A program made the translations under genes and the position numbers. Below the pieces are notes generated by a model, which was given only the letters and a program-made list of their open reading frames with translations, did no database searches and was not told the DNA's origin. DNA of 62,911 bases, the filler included, from Streblomastix strix (Eukaryota): assembly GCA_008636045.1 (NCBI GenBank). It is 2 parts of 2 records of this genome, joined end to end, with 100 filler letters (N's around TTAATTAATTAA, not from the genome) between each part and the next. Parts side by side here need not be neighbours in the genome. Positions count along the whole stretch, not along the records: positions 31,534 to 62,911 come from SNRW01000082.1; 1 more part is not named here. One strand, 5' to 3'. Positions 38,058 through 52,606 of this stretch are shown piece by piece. Positions within the stretch are counted from its first letter, which is position 1. The number at the start of each line of letters is the position of its first letter.

Positions 38058-41000
38058 TCACAATTACTATTCAACTATTGAAAATATAACTGATAGTATT
38101 TTATTTTGCTCATTCATTCTTTTATTAGCATAGAATTAATAAGGTGAGAATATCAATTCCAATTTCAATAATGGCTTATTAAATTGAATATTGTCCTCTG
38201 TTAAACTAGTTTTAATTTTGTTCAGTAATCTATTGTTTAGCTTTTAATAATTCATTTTCTATGTTAATTTGATCTTATACTGTGGAAAATTGATAATTAG
38301 TATTAATTTCATTGAATTTTATTCCCCTTCTTGTATATTCAATAGATCGATGAAGAATTTGCATTTCATTATTGGTTTAATCTTTGTTTTCATATTATTT
38401 ATCAATTTTCATTATAGCATGAAGAGTAGATATTATCCATTTCACCATGTAATTAGTATTATTCTCCTTATCCACATTTTGCAGCTATGTAAGTCTCATA
38501 GAATTATCTTTCGCTATTGAATATATCATTGACAATAAGAAAAATTAAGTATATTTATTGATATATTGCTGTTAACAATTATTTTATGTCATTTTCTGGA
38601 TAATTTTAATGCCATCTGCTTTTATAAATAATTGTTAATTCAATTCTGAATGAAATAAGAGGTTTGACAAAGCACAAGTAAAGCTGCAAATGATTGAGAA
38701 ATATTCATATTCAAAGCTCTTATTAATAATAATCGAACTTTGATTAAAATCATTCATCAAATCCAATACTATTTTTATTACTTTGAGTTATTCAAATTGT
38801 TTTCTTAATGCAGAACCTAAAATGTGTTATATGAAAAACAAGAAAAGTTTATTTAAGAAAATTGTAAATACTAATTCGCATACTTTTAGATAAATTAGCA
38901 ATTATGTATAAAATATTTAAAGAAGTTTAGCCAATCACTACAAAGTTAGAATCTACATCTTTCTCTCTTTTTGTCAAATCAATTATTGTCATCTATTCAA
39001 TAAAAGATCTTAAGATAAACAATAATTCTTATATATATTATGGATCCGAAGCGAATTTGGAAATAAATAGACTTCTATTCTTGTTTGAATTATCAGAAAG
39101 AATAAGAAGTAATTGAGAAATATTAAGAATCAGTTATAATTAAAATTTATTGTGATTTATAATGTTCTAATTAGTTTGTTTTAATTAAGAAAATGAAGCT
39201 GAACATAAAGAAAGAAGTTTTCCAAGAGCATAAAACTCGATCTTCTCACCTTGCCTTATAGTTTAAAATTAAAAAATAATAGTATTAAAATTAGATTAAA
39301 ATATTATTTATTATTCACACCATTATTATAAGTTTTTATTATCTCCCTTTTTATTATCAACACATTTTTCTGTAGAAAGATTAATCAAAATTCTACATGT
39401 AAGTATTTTTATATATGGATGAGCTAAAGGTTAAGATAATATTGAAGAAAGAAGATCAAAAGCATCTCTATGCTACAGAATTAAGAACCAATATAAATTA
39501 GCCATCTTATTACTTGTACAGCTAGATATGATTTAAATGCTGTTATTATGAGCAATATGGTTGCTTTATTATCCATTGTAATATTCAGCATAACTGATTA
39601 TAAGATTTTAGTGACTCTAAGTAAGAGTAATCTGCTAAGAAAGATAGTTAGAATTAGGAGAAGAAGAAAATTATTCATCAGGATGATTAACACTTAAACT
39701 ACTAATTATATCTCTCCTATTTCTTTCTTATTATGAACTTCTACCATTTTATGATTATTATGAAGAATTAAATGAATGAAAATGGAAAAACGAATGCAAA
39801 TTTTGGCGAACTTTTGAATTTGAACTTGAAGAAGAAGTAGAAGAAGGAGATGATCCTGATTATTAATTCTATGCTTAAGGGATATATTTTGATAAAATAT
39901 TTGAAGATTCAAACAAAGAAATATCGTCTCTTTCTCTTTATTTGTTTATTTCTAAATCATTAAGCTATTGCATGTTATAAAGTGATCCAATTTTCTGAGT
40001 TAAATTTTGCTATACTGATGATAATTACGTCTAAAATTGCTCTGAAAGTTGGAAAAAATTCATTTTTCTCGTCAAATATTCTTCCTCTTCAACATCTTTC
40101 TTAATATTCTATATTAATTAATAAGGTGGATAAGACAAATCAATTAAAATTCTGTATAATTAACAGCTTTCAACATCACATGAAATACGATATAATATAT
40201 TCATTAATAATATATCAGCATCAGATATGTCATTATGAATAAATTCAGTAAGTTATTCGTTTGATTCTTTGTTTGATTACTAAAATTATTATTTCTATTA
40301 TTATATCATTTCTACATTTTATTCTTAATTGTTTTGTTTGAAATTACAATCGTCATCAATCTTTTATTTCTGAACAATTTGCATAATTAGCCAAAATTGT
40401 ATATAATTTGTGTAATTTCTATAATCTTTCACTGCTTTTTATATATACTAAACGAGTTATTCAGAAAAAAGACTGGATATTGTTGCTGTAAATAAAAGTA
40501 ATACAGAGAAAATAATTATCATGAAAAAATATATTTAAACTAAAAATATTATAATAAAGTACAAACCCCCTTCAGAAGTGTAAGCTATTGGAAATTTTTC
40601 ATTATATTGATCTATTTATGAATGAACTTCTTGATCATTTTTGTTTTCATTGTAAATTTTTATTACTTATTCATAGTTTACTTTAATAAATGACGGTTAT
40701 ATTCGTTTCATGTAAATAATCATATTTTCATCTGAAATAAAGAATATTCTTGAAATTTCTAAAATTTAATCAGATGGCGTTTAAATTTTCTAATAAATAG
40801 ATGAATTAATTTAAGATAATTGATTATTAGATTAAGAAGCATTGTTTTCAAATTACTATTCATTTTGTTCCTTTTAGTCAAATGAAGTAAAATATCTTAG
40901 AGTGTTTGTTAGCAAAATTAATCTTTTAACTTCCTTTGAAAGAATGTTTCTAACTTTTGATGAAAATATGGATTCAATTTGCTATTGATCATAATTATAT

Positions 41001-44000
41001 GAAGAGGAATATCTTAATAAAACCAATAAATTTTATATTAAATAAATTAATTCATGATAATGAAGAAATTCTGAAGTAGAAGATTATTACTTAAGTTTGG
41101 GTTTATCTTCAGTTTTGCTCGAAGAATCAGAAATAATTTAAGACAATTTAAATGAAGATGAAGAAGGTGAGCTTGATCGAGGATGAGGTCTTACAGTAAG
41201 AGAATGTTTAATAACATTTTAATTGTTATTAAATAATAAAAGAGGAGGTTTGGGAGATAATGATTTATGTTTTGGATGAATTTATTATTTGGACTCAATT
41301 TCATTTAAATTATTCTTAAGAATTTGTTATTCATTAATTTTAGTGGATTTTATTATGCGTTTCACTTTTTAAGGTTTTTTATTCTAAAATTATTGTTTAT
41401 TTATAAGCAATTCTTCGCTTGAATTGAAATAATTTTCTTTAAATGTTTCATCATTTTTCAAATTTCTCTCATTAACTTTATTTTATTGGGATAAACTAGC
41501 TTCTTCAAAAATATTTTTATTATTTATGTCATAATTTATATTTGCATCTTAGTTTGAATTTTGATTTGGAGCACATAAAATTGGTGAAAGTTAAGATGAT
41601 GTAAAATAATACGTTGAGGAAGAATTTATTAGAGGAGAGGATTACAAAGGAGAAGACAATGATTAAGTAAGATTAATTGATTATAATGAAGGAAATAGAA
41701 TTTATTATTTTAGCTGATATGATATTGATTTATTAATAAAATTAGGAAATGTTGATAAATGTTTTTATTAATGTGGAGAAGTGGATGGAGTAGAGAAAGT
41801 AGAATTTAAAGGATTAATTGATGATGAAGATGAGGATTATAATTGTGGCAAGATCCGTTTTGTCTAATAAACCTGTTGTTTATCTTATTATCCCAAATTA
41901 TTATATTAATAGTAAATATTTTAATCATTTTAAACTCTGGGAACTCTTCTTATAATTCCAATCTTTCGTTTATTCTTTTATGTTTATAATTATTATTTTG
42001 AATAAATTGAAGATGATAACGAAGATGAAGGATTAAAGGAAACAAAATTATTTGTAGATGCATTCTAATCTTGCATTCCTTCAATATTTATTTCTTATAT
42101 ACTCTTACTTAACATCTAATTTTGTATAGTTTTTCTTCCTTATATTTTCCTAATTATTGTTTTATTTGGTTATTTTTCAACTTTCAACTATTTTTCATTA
42201 AATAAGTTTTCTTATTCTTTTTCATCATTTTTTGAAGTTTAATTTTATTCATTTATTATTAATTAGGAAGTCAATATCAAATATATCAATATTCGAATTG
42301 CAAACACAATAATTATTGAATTTTTATCCTTTTAAATTATATCATTTTTACATATCATATTTTCATTAATTAATTACTATTGTTCAATTCTGAAAATGAT
42401 AAAATAGATCAATTTATTAATTAAATCTGGACATGATTTAATCAATTTCAAATATAATTATGGGTTTGAAGAACAAATCATGTTAAGAAAATGCAAAATT
42501 TATAATATGTTTTTAGAGTTAAATGAAATTTGTGACAATTAATGTGATTATGTTTAAGTAATTTCATTTTTGATTATAGATTATTTGATATATTAGAAAA
42601 AATTCTCATTTATTTCTTCTTTATTAATAATTTCATTATTATTATTATTATTTTACATTTTCAAAATAAAAATCTATTATTTTTGTTTCTATTGACACTA
42701 TTATTCTTGTTTTTCATTCAATATTCATTTCATAGAAAAATATGTATTTAGATGAATTGAAAGTTTGATTCCTTATCTTTATATCAATGGAAAATGGTTA
42801 TGAAAAGATAACTTAATTGATTCTATTAAAATATTTTTCATATTCACTTAATATTCATCATCATTCTCATTCTCTTCTAAGATCTTCAAATTTTCATCTT
42901 TATTATCATAATTAGGTTATTAAGCATTTTCAAGCTGCGATGTTATATTAATTAAGATTTATGCAAGTTTCAATGTATATAATAAAACCCATCTTTCGCA
43001 CAGCATTTGTTTTTCCAGATTAAAATTATATTAACTGCTATAATTTTATTCTTCATTTATATCTTTATTTTTCTGCATTTTCATTTTAATTTACTTATTT
43101 TTGTTGTTATTATAATCCTATGAATGAAGATAAAATTTATAGAATTATGCTCGAAATAACTCTGTTTAGTAATCGTCATTATCATTTTAATCAAAATCAA
43201 ATAATTAATTATTTTAATTATTAAACTAGATTGATTGATTATTAAAATCATTATTTATAGTTGAGTTTGAAAAGATGTAACTTTTTTAATTGAATTTCTG
43301 TATTTATTTATCTGCATCTCTTCTTCTATTTGGTAATGGAGATGAATATAAAGAAGATGAAGATGATGGAGAGAAAGATTAAGATGGAATAGAAGGTGAT
43401 TAATTAACAGAATATATTGAAGAGTAATGAGATTGCTATGAGTGCTATGAATAGGGTGAACATATTGATTGCTAAGGTGGAGAGAATTAAGATGAATATT
43501 AATTATTAGAAGGTGACTATGAATAAAATGGATATTCTTATGTATTTGATTAATTTGATCTGAAAATGGATTTAATAATATTTGCTTTGTTTTCCATTCG
43601 TTAAATTTGAGATTATGTTTCTGAATAAACAGATTATGATGAAGGAGAAGATTATGATGAAGATGGAATTGAAAAAGGATTTGATGAAGAAGAAGGAAAT
43701 TATTATAGAAAATGATTGGAAGAATGTTATGGTGTAGTCATTCGCTTGATTTTAAAATGTTTCCATTATTCATCTTCTTCATTAATTAATATTTATTCAT
43801 TATTTTATTATTACTCATAATTATTATCTGAAATTAATTGTTATTTTCCTTCTTATTCATATATTGTATTTGTTTCTTCTTCATCTTCATCCTCATGCAT
43901 TGCATTATTTTTATATCTATCAACTTCTTCATCTTCATTGGATTATGTTTCATTTTATTTATATTCATCTTCATTTTCAGGATCAGATTCTTCTTCTTCT

Positions 44001-47000
44001 TTTACTGCCATATCAATTAACAATAAATGTTAGATAACTTTTTTTTCTTCAATTTCTTTCTCTTTTTCTTTCATCTTTTTGTCCATATTTAGTATAAATT
44101 AATCAGCAGCTCCTTATCCAGCAATTAATGTCATGTTAATAAGTTCATCCAGTGTTATTTGAATATGATGAAAATAACTGAAATTTAATGATTAAGGAAA
44201 GTTATTTAATTTTTCATCTTAATATTTAATTTCTCTTTCATTAAGATACTAAATAATTTTTTTAACAAAGTAAATTGCATTAATTTTATGTAAATTATTT
44301 GCAAATGTCATATTTTACTTTGATAATAAAACGAGAAGGCGAAGAGATAATACAAGGAATAAAGAAAGTTCAAATAATGAAAATGAGGATGAAGAATTAG
44401 ATTATGAATCTGTAGAGTAAAAATTACTGAATTCAATCATCTATGTTAGAATATTATTACATGCATTAAGCAGAAACTGAGATAGTGAATATGATTCTGG
44501 ATATGATGAAGATGATGATGATGAAGACGATTATTATTATAATTGAGTTATTTAATTTTCACCTTCAATATTATTTACAATTTAATCTTCATTATAATAT
44601 TCTTAACCTGTTTCATATCTTTCAATAAAATAATTTGTTAAATTCAATAATTTCTTCTATTGAATAATATGAGAAAAAAGAATTATTGATGATATTGAAA
44701 TTGAAAGAGAAAAAGGATTAGAAAGTTGATGATTGTTGATGTCATTAACCTTATAATGAAAAAATGGAATATGAATATATTTTATAAGTTTATGAATGAA
44801 TGAAGATTAATTTTATTTTGACTCATATATGGTTTCTATATTTTCAGATTTTTCATTTATTTCAGTTTATTTTTCTTTTACTAAATCATTAATAAATTAA
44901 TCATGCTTTAATTCTGATCTATTCTTATTATGAGTCATATATTCTTCAATTTCAAAATTAACAAAATTTCCTTCTTTTTCTAATTCAACAAAAAATGAAA
45001 GAAGAAAAGAAGAAAGCGATGATATTTCTTCATTATTTTTATCCATTAATTATTTCTCATGAATTTTTAAATTATTTTTTAATTCTGATTAAGAACATGA
45101 GGATTATTTCTAAGAATAAGTAGTCGATGATGGTGCAGAAGATGATAATAATATTAATAATTAAATAATTGACAATTCGAATGTTTCAACTTCTTTTTCT
45201 TTACTACTTTCTTCTCGATTTTCATCTTCATCAGAATAATTATCTTTATATTAATATTTAAATTTGCTTATTTTAATTATGATATCATCAATTTCACTTG
45301 TAAAATTATTTGTACTTTATTATTTATCAGAATTTTAGTCAGAATTATTATTATTTTATGGTAAATGCTTGATTATTAAATTATTTACTCTACAATTACT
45401 ATTCAAAATATAATTATTATAATTATAATTATTAACGTTATATTTTTGGATTTTGTGGTTTTTGTGATGAATAGGCGAAAGAAGGATGATGAAGAATATT
45501 AGACACTTTTTTAACAATGAAATTGTTTGCTTATTTTGTATTTATAATTATTCAGAATAAAATACCTTGAATAAACAGTCTAGCACAGCATTAATTGCTC
45601 CAAAACTATTCATTTCTACTAAAATTTCTTCATTTTGAATATTAATTTGATCTTTTGTTTTCTTTTCAATCTTTTAATCAGTCATACCTTTACGGAGTAA
45701 TGAAATGAGAACATCTAATATTCGTATTTATATTTCATAGCTAAAAATAATCTTCTTCTCATTGTTATTCTGATCTTCATTTATATCATATTGATTATCG
45801 ATAATTTTTGATTGCATTGTCATAATTTTGACTAAAGTTGGTAGGGACTATTTAATTTCATAATAAGTCTCACAATTGATGATGAATGATTAAAGTAGAG
45901 AAGAAATAGTACGATTTGCTTAATTTTATTATTGATATCTTCTTTTTCTTATATTTATCCCAAAGAAATTTAAATCATCATTCACATTGTTATCAGTAAA
46001 TATTGTTTGATTCAATTTTATAAAATGTGTATTCAACAGCATCATGTAAATAGATCGGCAAACATCTTTAAATTTATTTGATATATATTATCGAGAAAGT
46101 AAATTAGATATAAGTACATTAGAAAGTGAAGAAAGTAGTACTTAAGCAGAAGAAGCACAAAATTAGCATGTGGATTGTTGGTTGCGTTTTTATCGAAGAA
46201 AGATTTTATATTATTTTCTTTATTATTTGAATTCTTCATTTGAATCTTCAATACTATCTTAACTATCATCATCTTCGTTACTTTCATTTTCTTCTTCATT
46301 CTCGCATTGATCTTTAATTTCACTTTCTAATCCATAATTAAAACCATCCTTCAATTTTGTGTGCCTATCAAAGCACCAACTAATATTACTAAGGATGAAG
46401 AATTTAATATTCTGTGTGATTTAATCTTATTTATTATATATAATTTGATCTGATTCTTAAATATTATAAGAATTTTGGTTGATAGTTGGTATTACATTCT
46501 AATTATCAGTAGTGGGGTTTGTATTATTTTCAATAATTTGCATCTCATCATTACTTTCCCACTAATATACATTTTTAGCTTTGCACCAATCTGGAATTTA
46601 TTTCATTTCTTTCTCAATAGCTTTCTTTATTACTTTATTTAATTCAGATTTCATATTGAGAAATAAATTTCTTCTTCTCACACTAGAAGTTTAACCATAA
46701 CTTCTTTCTGTTTAATTATCAATATCCTTTTAAGCTACAGATTCTGTTTATTCATCAATATCTTCAGATAAATATTTATATTCATCTCTAAATTTAATAC
46801 TCATTTTATGAATGAACTCTGCAGCTAAGTAAGTTGCTTTAATCCAACAAAGTGCTGAATAATCTGGATCAGAAATAGAATCAGAATTGAAAAAAATTGA
46901 GAAAAGCAGAGATTTTGCTTCATTTTATATGATTTTTAGCTCCTATTATCGAATTTCGATAAAACTTTTTATATTTTACTATTTATGGAGAAGAGTAAGC

Positions 47001-50000
47001 TAATCTTAATGAATAACTATACTCTATTTATTTAATTTTTTATTTAATTATGGCAAATGTTATTGAGATTTCCTGTTATTATTTATTGGAATAGTTAGAA
47101 CAAGGAGAGATTTAGTTTTTTCCTCAGCTTCTTTCACTTTTTCTTTTTCTTAGCTATTTATTAATTCTTTCATGTTTTCCTTCATCAGTTTCTACTTTTT
47201 TATTTTTTGTTCCAAGTCTCTAAATTTATTTTGATTTTCAGTACAATTTTCAGAGTTAATTCGAGATATAATCCTACAAATAAAAAGGAATGCACTCTCG
47301 CATTGATTAGATTTGTTATTATGAATTAATTATTATTCAAATTAATATCTCTTAGTTTAAATTAGGTCAAATTTTGCTTTTGGATTTTACTTAATTAATG
47401 CCTTAATGGAATATATTACTGAATAAATTAACATATTGAAATTATTTTCTTTATTACATTTATAATTTCTTTCTTTTTTATACTCTAAGTTCTTCAATTA
47501 GTGATTTAAATTGTTTTATTTAATATTATTAATTTCATGTATTAATTCATATGGTATGCATTTATTAATAAGAAAAGACAATATTCCTTATCTTTAAAAC
47601 AATTTTATATCCATTTCATCACATTCATTATACGATTTTATTTAAAATTCTTTAATATCTTCATTTAATGCAACTTAACATTTTTATCCAACTTTCAATT
47701 AACTTTCTCTTCCAATTTCTTTTTCATTTTCTGCATTATTATTAATTGAAATATATTCTTCATCATAATCTGTAATCTACCCAACATTATTATTTTTACT
47801 TTTATTGTTTCTGCTCTTTTTATTCTCTTCATATTCTTCTCTATTCTTTTATTATTCATATAATGCAAAAACCATTTCTACAAAACATACAAAGCGAAGA
47901 TGCGATATTGATGGGATATTATTGTCATTATTTTAAATGTTATTATTATTAATGTTATTGAGATAATGCCACATAATGCTTCCAATAACAGCTATTTTCA
48001 AGCATTTTATTTCTCTTCTATTTTCTCTTTTCATATATTTATCATTTTCATTTGTATATGCACTTTCTTTCTTCTAAAATTCTTGAATTTAGATTTATTT
48101 TAATTTAATTTTCAATGTTTAAAGCATCTTTTCTCTTTCTTTTTCTCTTTATTTCTCTTTATTTTTTTCTTTTTCCTTCGTTTTTATAATTTCTTTTTCT
48201 AAATGTTTTATTTTCTCTTTTTCTTTCTAATTGAGATTGTTTTTAGTGAAGTTATTATTATCTGTTTATATGTTTAATTTATTTTGAATCTATTTGTTTC
48301 TCATCTCGTGTTGTTATTATTATTTATTATTTATCAGATTCATTCGATGTATTTGTTGTTTAGTAGTTAATTATTGAATGTTCTATTAATCTTACATAGA
48401 ACATTGAGAATTGAATGAATAAGATGAACGAGATGTTGATGATGATTGCGATTATGATGTTTGAGGAAATAAATGATTTGAATATATTTGCTATTGCTGA
48501 TTAGAAAATGACATGAATTTTAATGAATGGAATTATTATTAGGTTTATTAAGTGTTCTAATATATTCCTCCCTTTTCACTAATATCAGTTTCTTAATATT
48601 TGTCGTCTTAAATTAAATTTTATATAAATTTAATCTCTTTCTTCTTTTCTTTTTCAATTTCTTCAAAATCATCAAAATTTTTCCATAAATTCTTCTTCAT
48701 TATTATTTTTTATACAATTTCTACAAATAATTATATGCAGAGTGGAGTTTGAAATTAGGAAATAGACAAATTAGATAAGTTTTTTATATTACTGTTAAGT
48801 GAAGTTGATTATTATTTAGATGAAGCTTAAGAAGATTATTGAATTGAAGGAAATAATAATATTGGTTATTATGAAGATGAAGAGGAATTATTATTATTAT
48901 TCAAATTATTATTATTATTTTAAATGTTGTTAATAATATCATATTGTGGGAATACAAACATCCAATAAGAAAGTAAACGGATAATTAATTTTGCTGAATG
49001 ATATGCACAAAATTATTGAACTGAATTGAAAGGAAATAGTAAAGATTTGAATAAAATTGAGTATTAATTTGAAAATGATTAACATTTTTCATTATTAATA
49101 TTCATCTTATCATGAAGTGGAGTTAAACATCTCCTTTATTTCATTTTATTTGGAGATACTGGAGATAATGTTCTTCTATTTATATTTGGTTTTATATGGT
49201 ATTTATTTTCTTTGCTCATAGTTTTACTATTTTCATTTATTAAGTCTCTGAATTTATTAATAATATTACTATTTATATCATTTCCAATAGATAATGAATC
49301 AATTTATTTAAATGAATTGAGTTTTGATGATAATTTTTGGTATGAAAGAGAATATGGAATAATTTATGATATCAGTTAATTAATTGGCATTATCTTATTT
49401 TTTCTTATATTATAATCGTCTTTCATTTCTTATGTGTTCTCTTCTTTTTATTTATAGCTAAACAGCATTTAATATAATTTAAAAAATATTATTTACCAAT
49501 ATTTGTTATTATCTCTGAAATCAAATTGAGATTGAGTAAGAATCTAATCAAGGAATGTAAAGAAAAATTATATTTTAAGAATTTCGAGTAGTTGTTGATA
49601 ATTATCTCTAATAGTAATATTGTTTGTATTGCTTTCTATTTTATTCTTCATTTTCAATTTGTTGTTTTCATTATTTATTTAATTAAAATTATGAAATTAG
49701 GTTAAATTTTCATTCTCAATCTCATCTTCATTATCTCTATTTATTTCTTTTTCATTTATTTTTATTAATTGGATAATGAATAGTTAATTATTATTTAAAT
49801 TAACTTACTATTATCCAATATCAATCTTTTTTTCATTATTAACATTTTTTATTTATTATTCTTCTTGATTCTATTTACCAATTTAACTTTAATAATGTGA
49901 GATTTCATCAGCAAAATATAAATAGAGACATTTTTAAGCTTCATTTTTTACATCAAACAGAATTCTATTGAATGTTCTTATTATGTCTTTTTAATCATTT

Positions 50001-52342
50001 TGTTATTCATTTGATTATTACTTCATATCAAATTTTTATTCGTTATTTTGTTCATAATATTAAATATTTGTAAGAAGAAGAATAAAATCAAACAATGAAA
50101 TGTATTCCTACTCAAAATTATTATTATTTTCTTATTATTTTAATTATTATTTGTTTTTAAAAAAATTATTAGAATTATTCAGAAGAGGAATTTATTCTAT
50201 ATATATTTATCTTATCATCTTTTTTAATGTATATGCAATAATTAATAACTCATTCATTCTAAGAATAATTTAATCGTTTTGTGAATTAATTGATAATTAT
50301 TAAGTTTTGGATGATGAATTAAATTAATGAAATGAATGTTTGAAACTTACTTTAACTCTCATCTTAATAAATATATCAATGCATAGTAAAATAAAAGGAG
50401 AAAGTGTATAACTGAGTTAATATGGATATTACAACGAATAATGTAATGAAGATTGAGATGAAGAAGAAAATGGATTTATATCAATTTCATTATTGTTATA
50501 TGTGAAAATTGGTGTAATATTTGATTATTAGTGAATTGTCGATGAATATGTTATTATTTGCTGAATAAGTGCTGGAAGAATAAATGAAATGTAGGAAACA
50601 TATTAAGAGTAATAATCTTATTAATAATAAGAATTTTAATCAGACAATTGAGAAAAAGATAATAGTTGTGATTCTAAAGATTAAGGTTAATCTTATGCAA
50701 CATTATTCTATGGCAAATTATATTATTATTAATCTTCTTTCTCTTTGATATCTGAACTTTATTCATTTTCAAATTAAACCAAACTATTAAAATTTTACAT
50801 CTATTTAAATTCTTCATTTTCATTGATTAAAATTTGTTCCTCTTTCATAGATTACATCTATTTTCTTTCTTAATTATATTACTCTGCATTTTTTATTTTC
50901 TTTCTTTCTTATTCTTTATGCATTTCTTCTTCAATCATTGATATTGAAATGAGTGAATTGCAACAATGATTAATAATTTTATTAACATGAAGGATAAAGA
51001 TTAAATGAAATGAATATTATGATGATTGTTCAAGAACTATATTGTGATGAGTTTAGGACTGTGAAGTAATGCTAAGAAGTTTAATAATAATGAAAGAAGC
51101 AAGTTATTATTATTCATATTTGGTGAATAAAAGAGAATTTAATTATTAAGTTTATTATTTTTCCTCTTCTGGCAATTTTTACTAATCTTATTTGAGTAGT
51201 TCTTATTGTTCATTCTATTTTAATAACTAAGATGAAGATTATTATTATGGGATATTAATAGCAAGATCAACTAACCATGGAATTATACAAGAAAATGGTG
51301 TGAATTTAATCTTCAATTGATTCTATTATTTTTTATTTTAGGATTCATTTAAATTAATTTTATAAATTTTACTAATGTGACCACCTTCCCTAATCAATGA
51401 ATTAAAATTTTCATTTATTTCTGAGTTTATTTTCTATTCAGGTTCACACACTCCAAATTCTTCAATTGTACTTTTATTGATTATTTCTTTTTAAATTTCC
51501 TTATTATTGTTCTTTTTGATCTATTATTCTACTATTTTTATTATTTATTCGTTTTCTATGCTTATGAATTTATTTAATATTCCAGATTATACTTATGAAA
51601 ACAGAATGGTTAGAAGCAACAATGATTAATTAATTTAAACAATATTATTATTAGATTCATTATTAATGTTATATTAATTACTTTGAAGCAATAAATTATT
51701 TTTAATAGAAGAAGAGCACAAATTAACTAATGAATGAAAAAGAGATATATTACTTTATAAATCTGAATTTTATAAGGAAGAATGATTGCTGTTGTTTGTG
51801 TTTATAATATCGCATTTAATTTCTTTAACTTTCAATTCTATTGAATCATCTATTGCCTATTATTTACTTTCAATACCAACGGATCTTGATCTTTATTAAA
51901 CAATAATATTTGAATTTTTATTGCTGTCAATAGAATTATCGAAATGGGGTTTTAATTACCTAAGTCTTGAGACAGATCGACCTGCTTTTATTTGTGTAAT
52001 TTCTTCTTATTATTATTTTATCTAGTAATTGGAATAATTTAGACATTGTTCACAAGTAATTTGATATAAATCACGCAATGTTTCATTTACATCAATTATA
52101 TTATGAGATTGGGCGATCTGTTTAACATATTTTAATATTTATGAAGAATTTGATGAGAAAAATGATGATAAATCGTAAATTGAAACATTAGAGTGATGAG
52201 AGTATGACAAATAACATTCTAGTGCAGTTCTTTTGATAGAATGTATCTATTAATTCTTAGACTCATTTTAATTGACTAAATGATCTTTCTAATTTAATGC
52301 CTGGCAAAATATTGTAACCCACTTTGATATTTCGGATTCCAT
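38058..52342 (-). CDS. Giant (~4,600 aa) low-complexity, alpha-solenoid-like hypothetical protein
   Basis: ATG at 52342 and TGA at 38058. Apparent ~11.8-kb first exon and three short introns near 40530, 39290 and 38850. Leu-rich helices alternate with Q/N/S/E tracts. The frame was sampled, not checked at every codon. Confidence 0.65.
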
Positions 52343-52606
52343 ATATTTAATCTAATTTAAAATAAATTAAGTAAAATTATTATACATGTAAATTTTAACT
52401 TAGTGCTTGTAATATAACATAAAATTAATTTATTTATAAATTTGAAAATTAGAAACAAATTTGTGTGTTTTTATTTAGTGAAGAATTAAAAATTAAATAT
52501 ACTCATATTTTAATAAATAAAATAAACATTTATATTCAAAAGTAATATGTAGCAGCAATACTTAAAAATAATAATTTTATTTTATTTTGTTGAATCAAGG
52601 ACAAAC

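Noticed and set aside
43838..44020. Hydrophobic plus-strand ORF that looks like a membrane protein (likewise 59636-59935 and 60487-60669)
   Set aside because: These are antisense reads of Glu/Lys/Asn-rich minus-strand exons.
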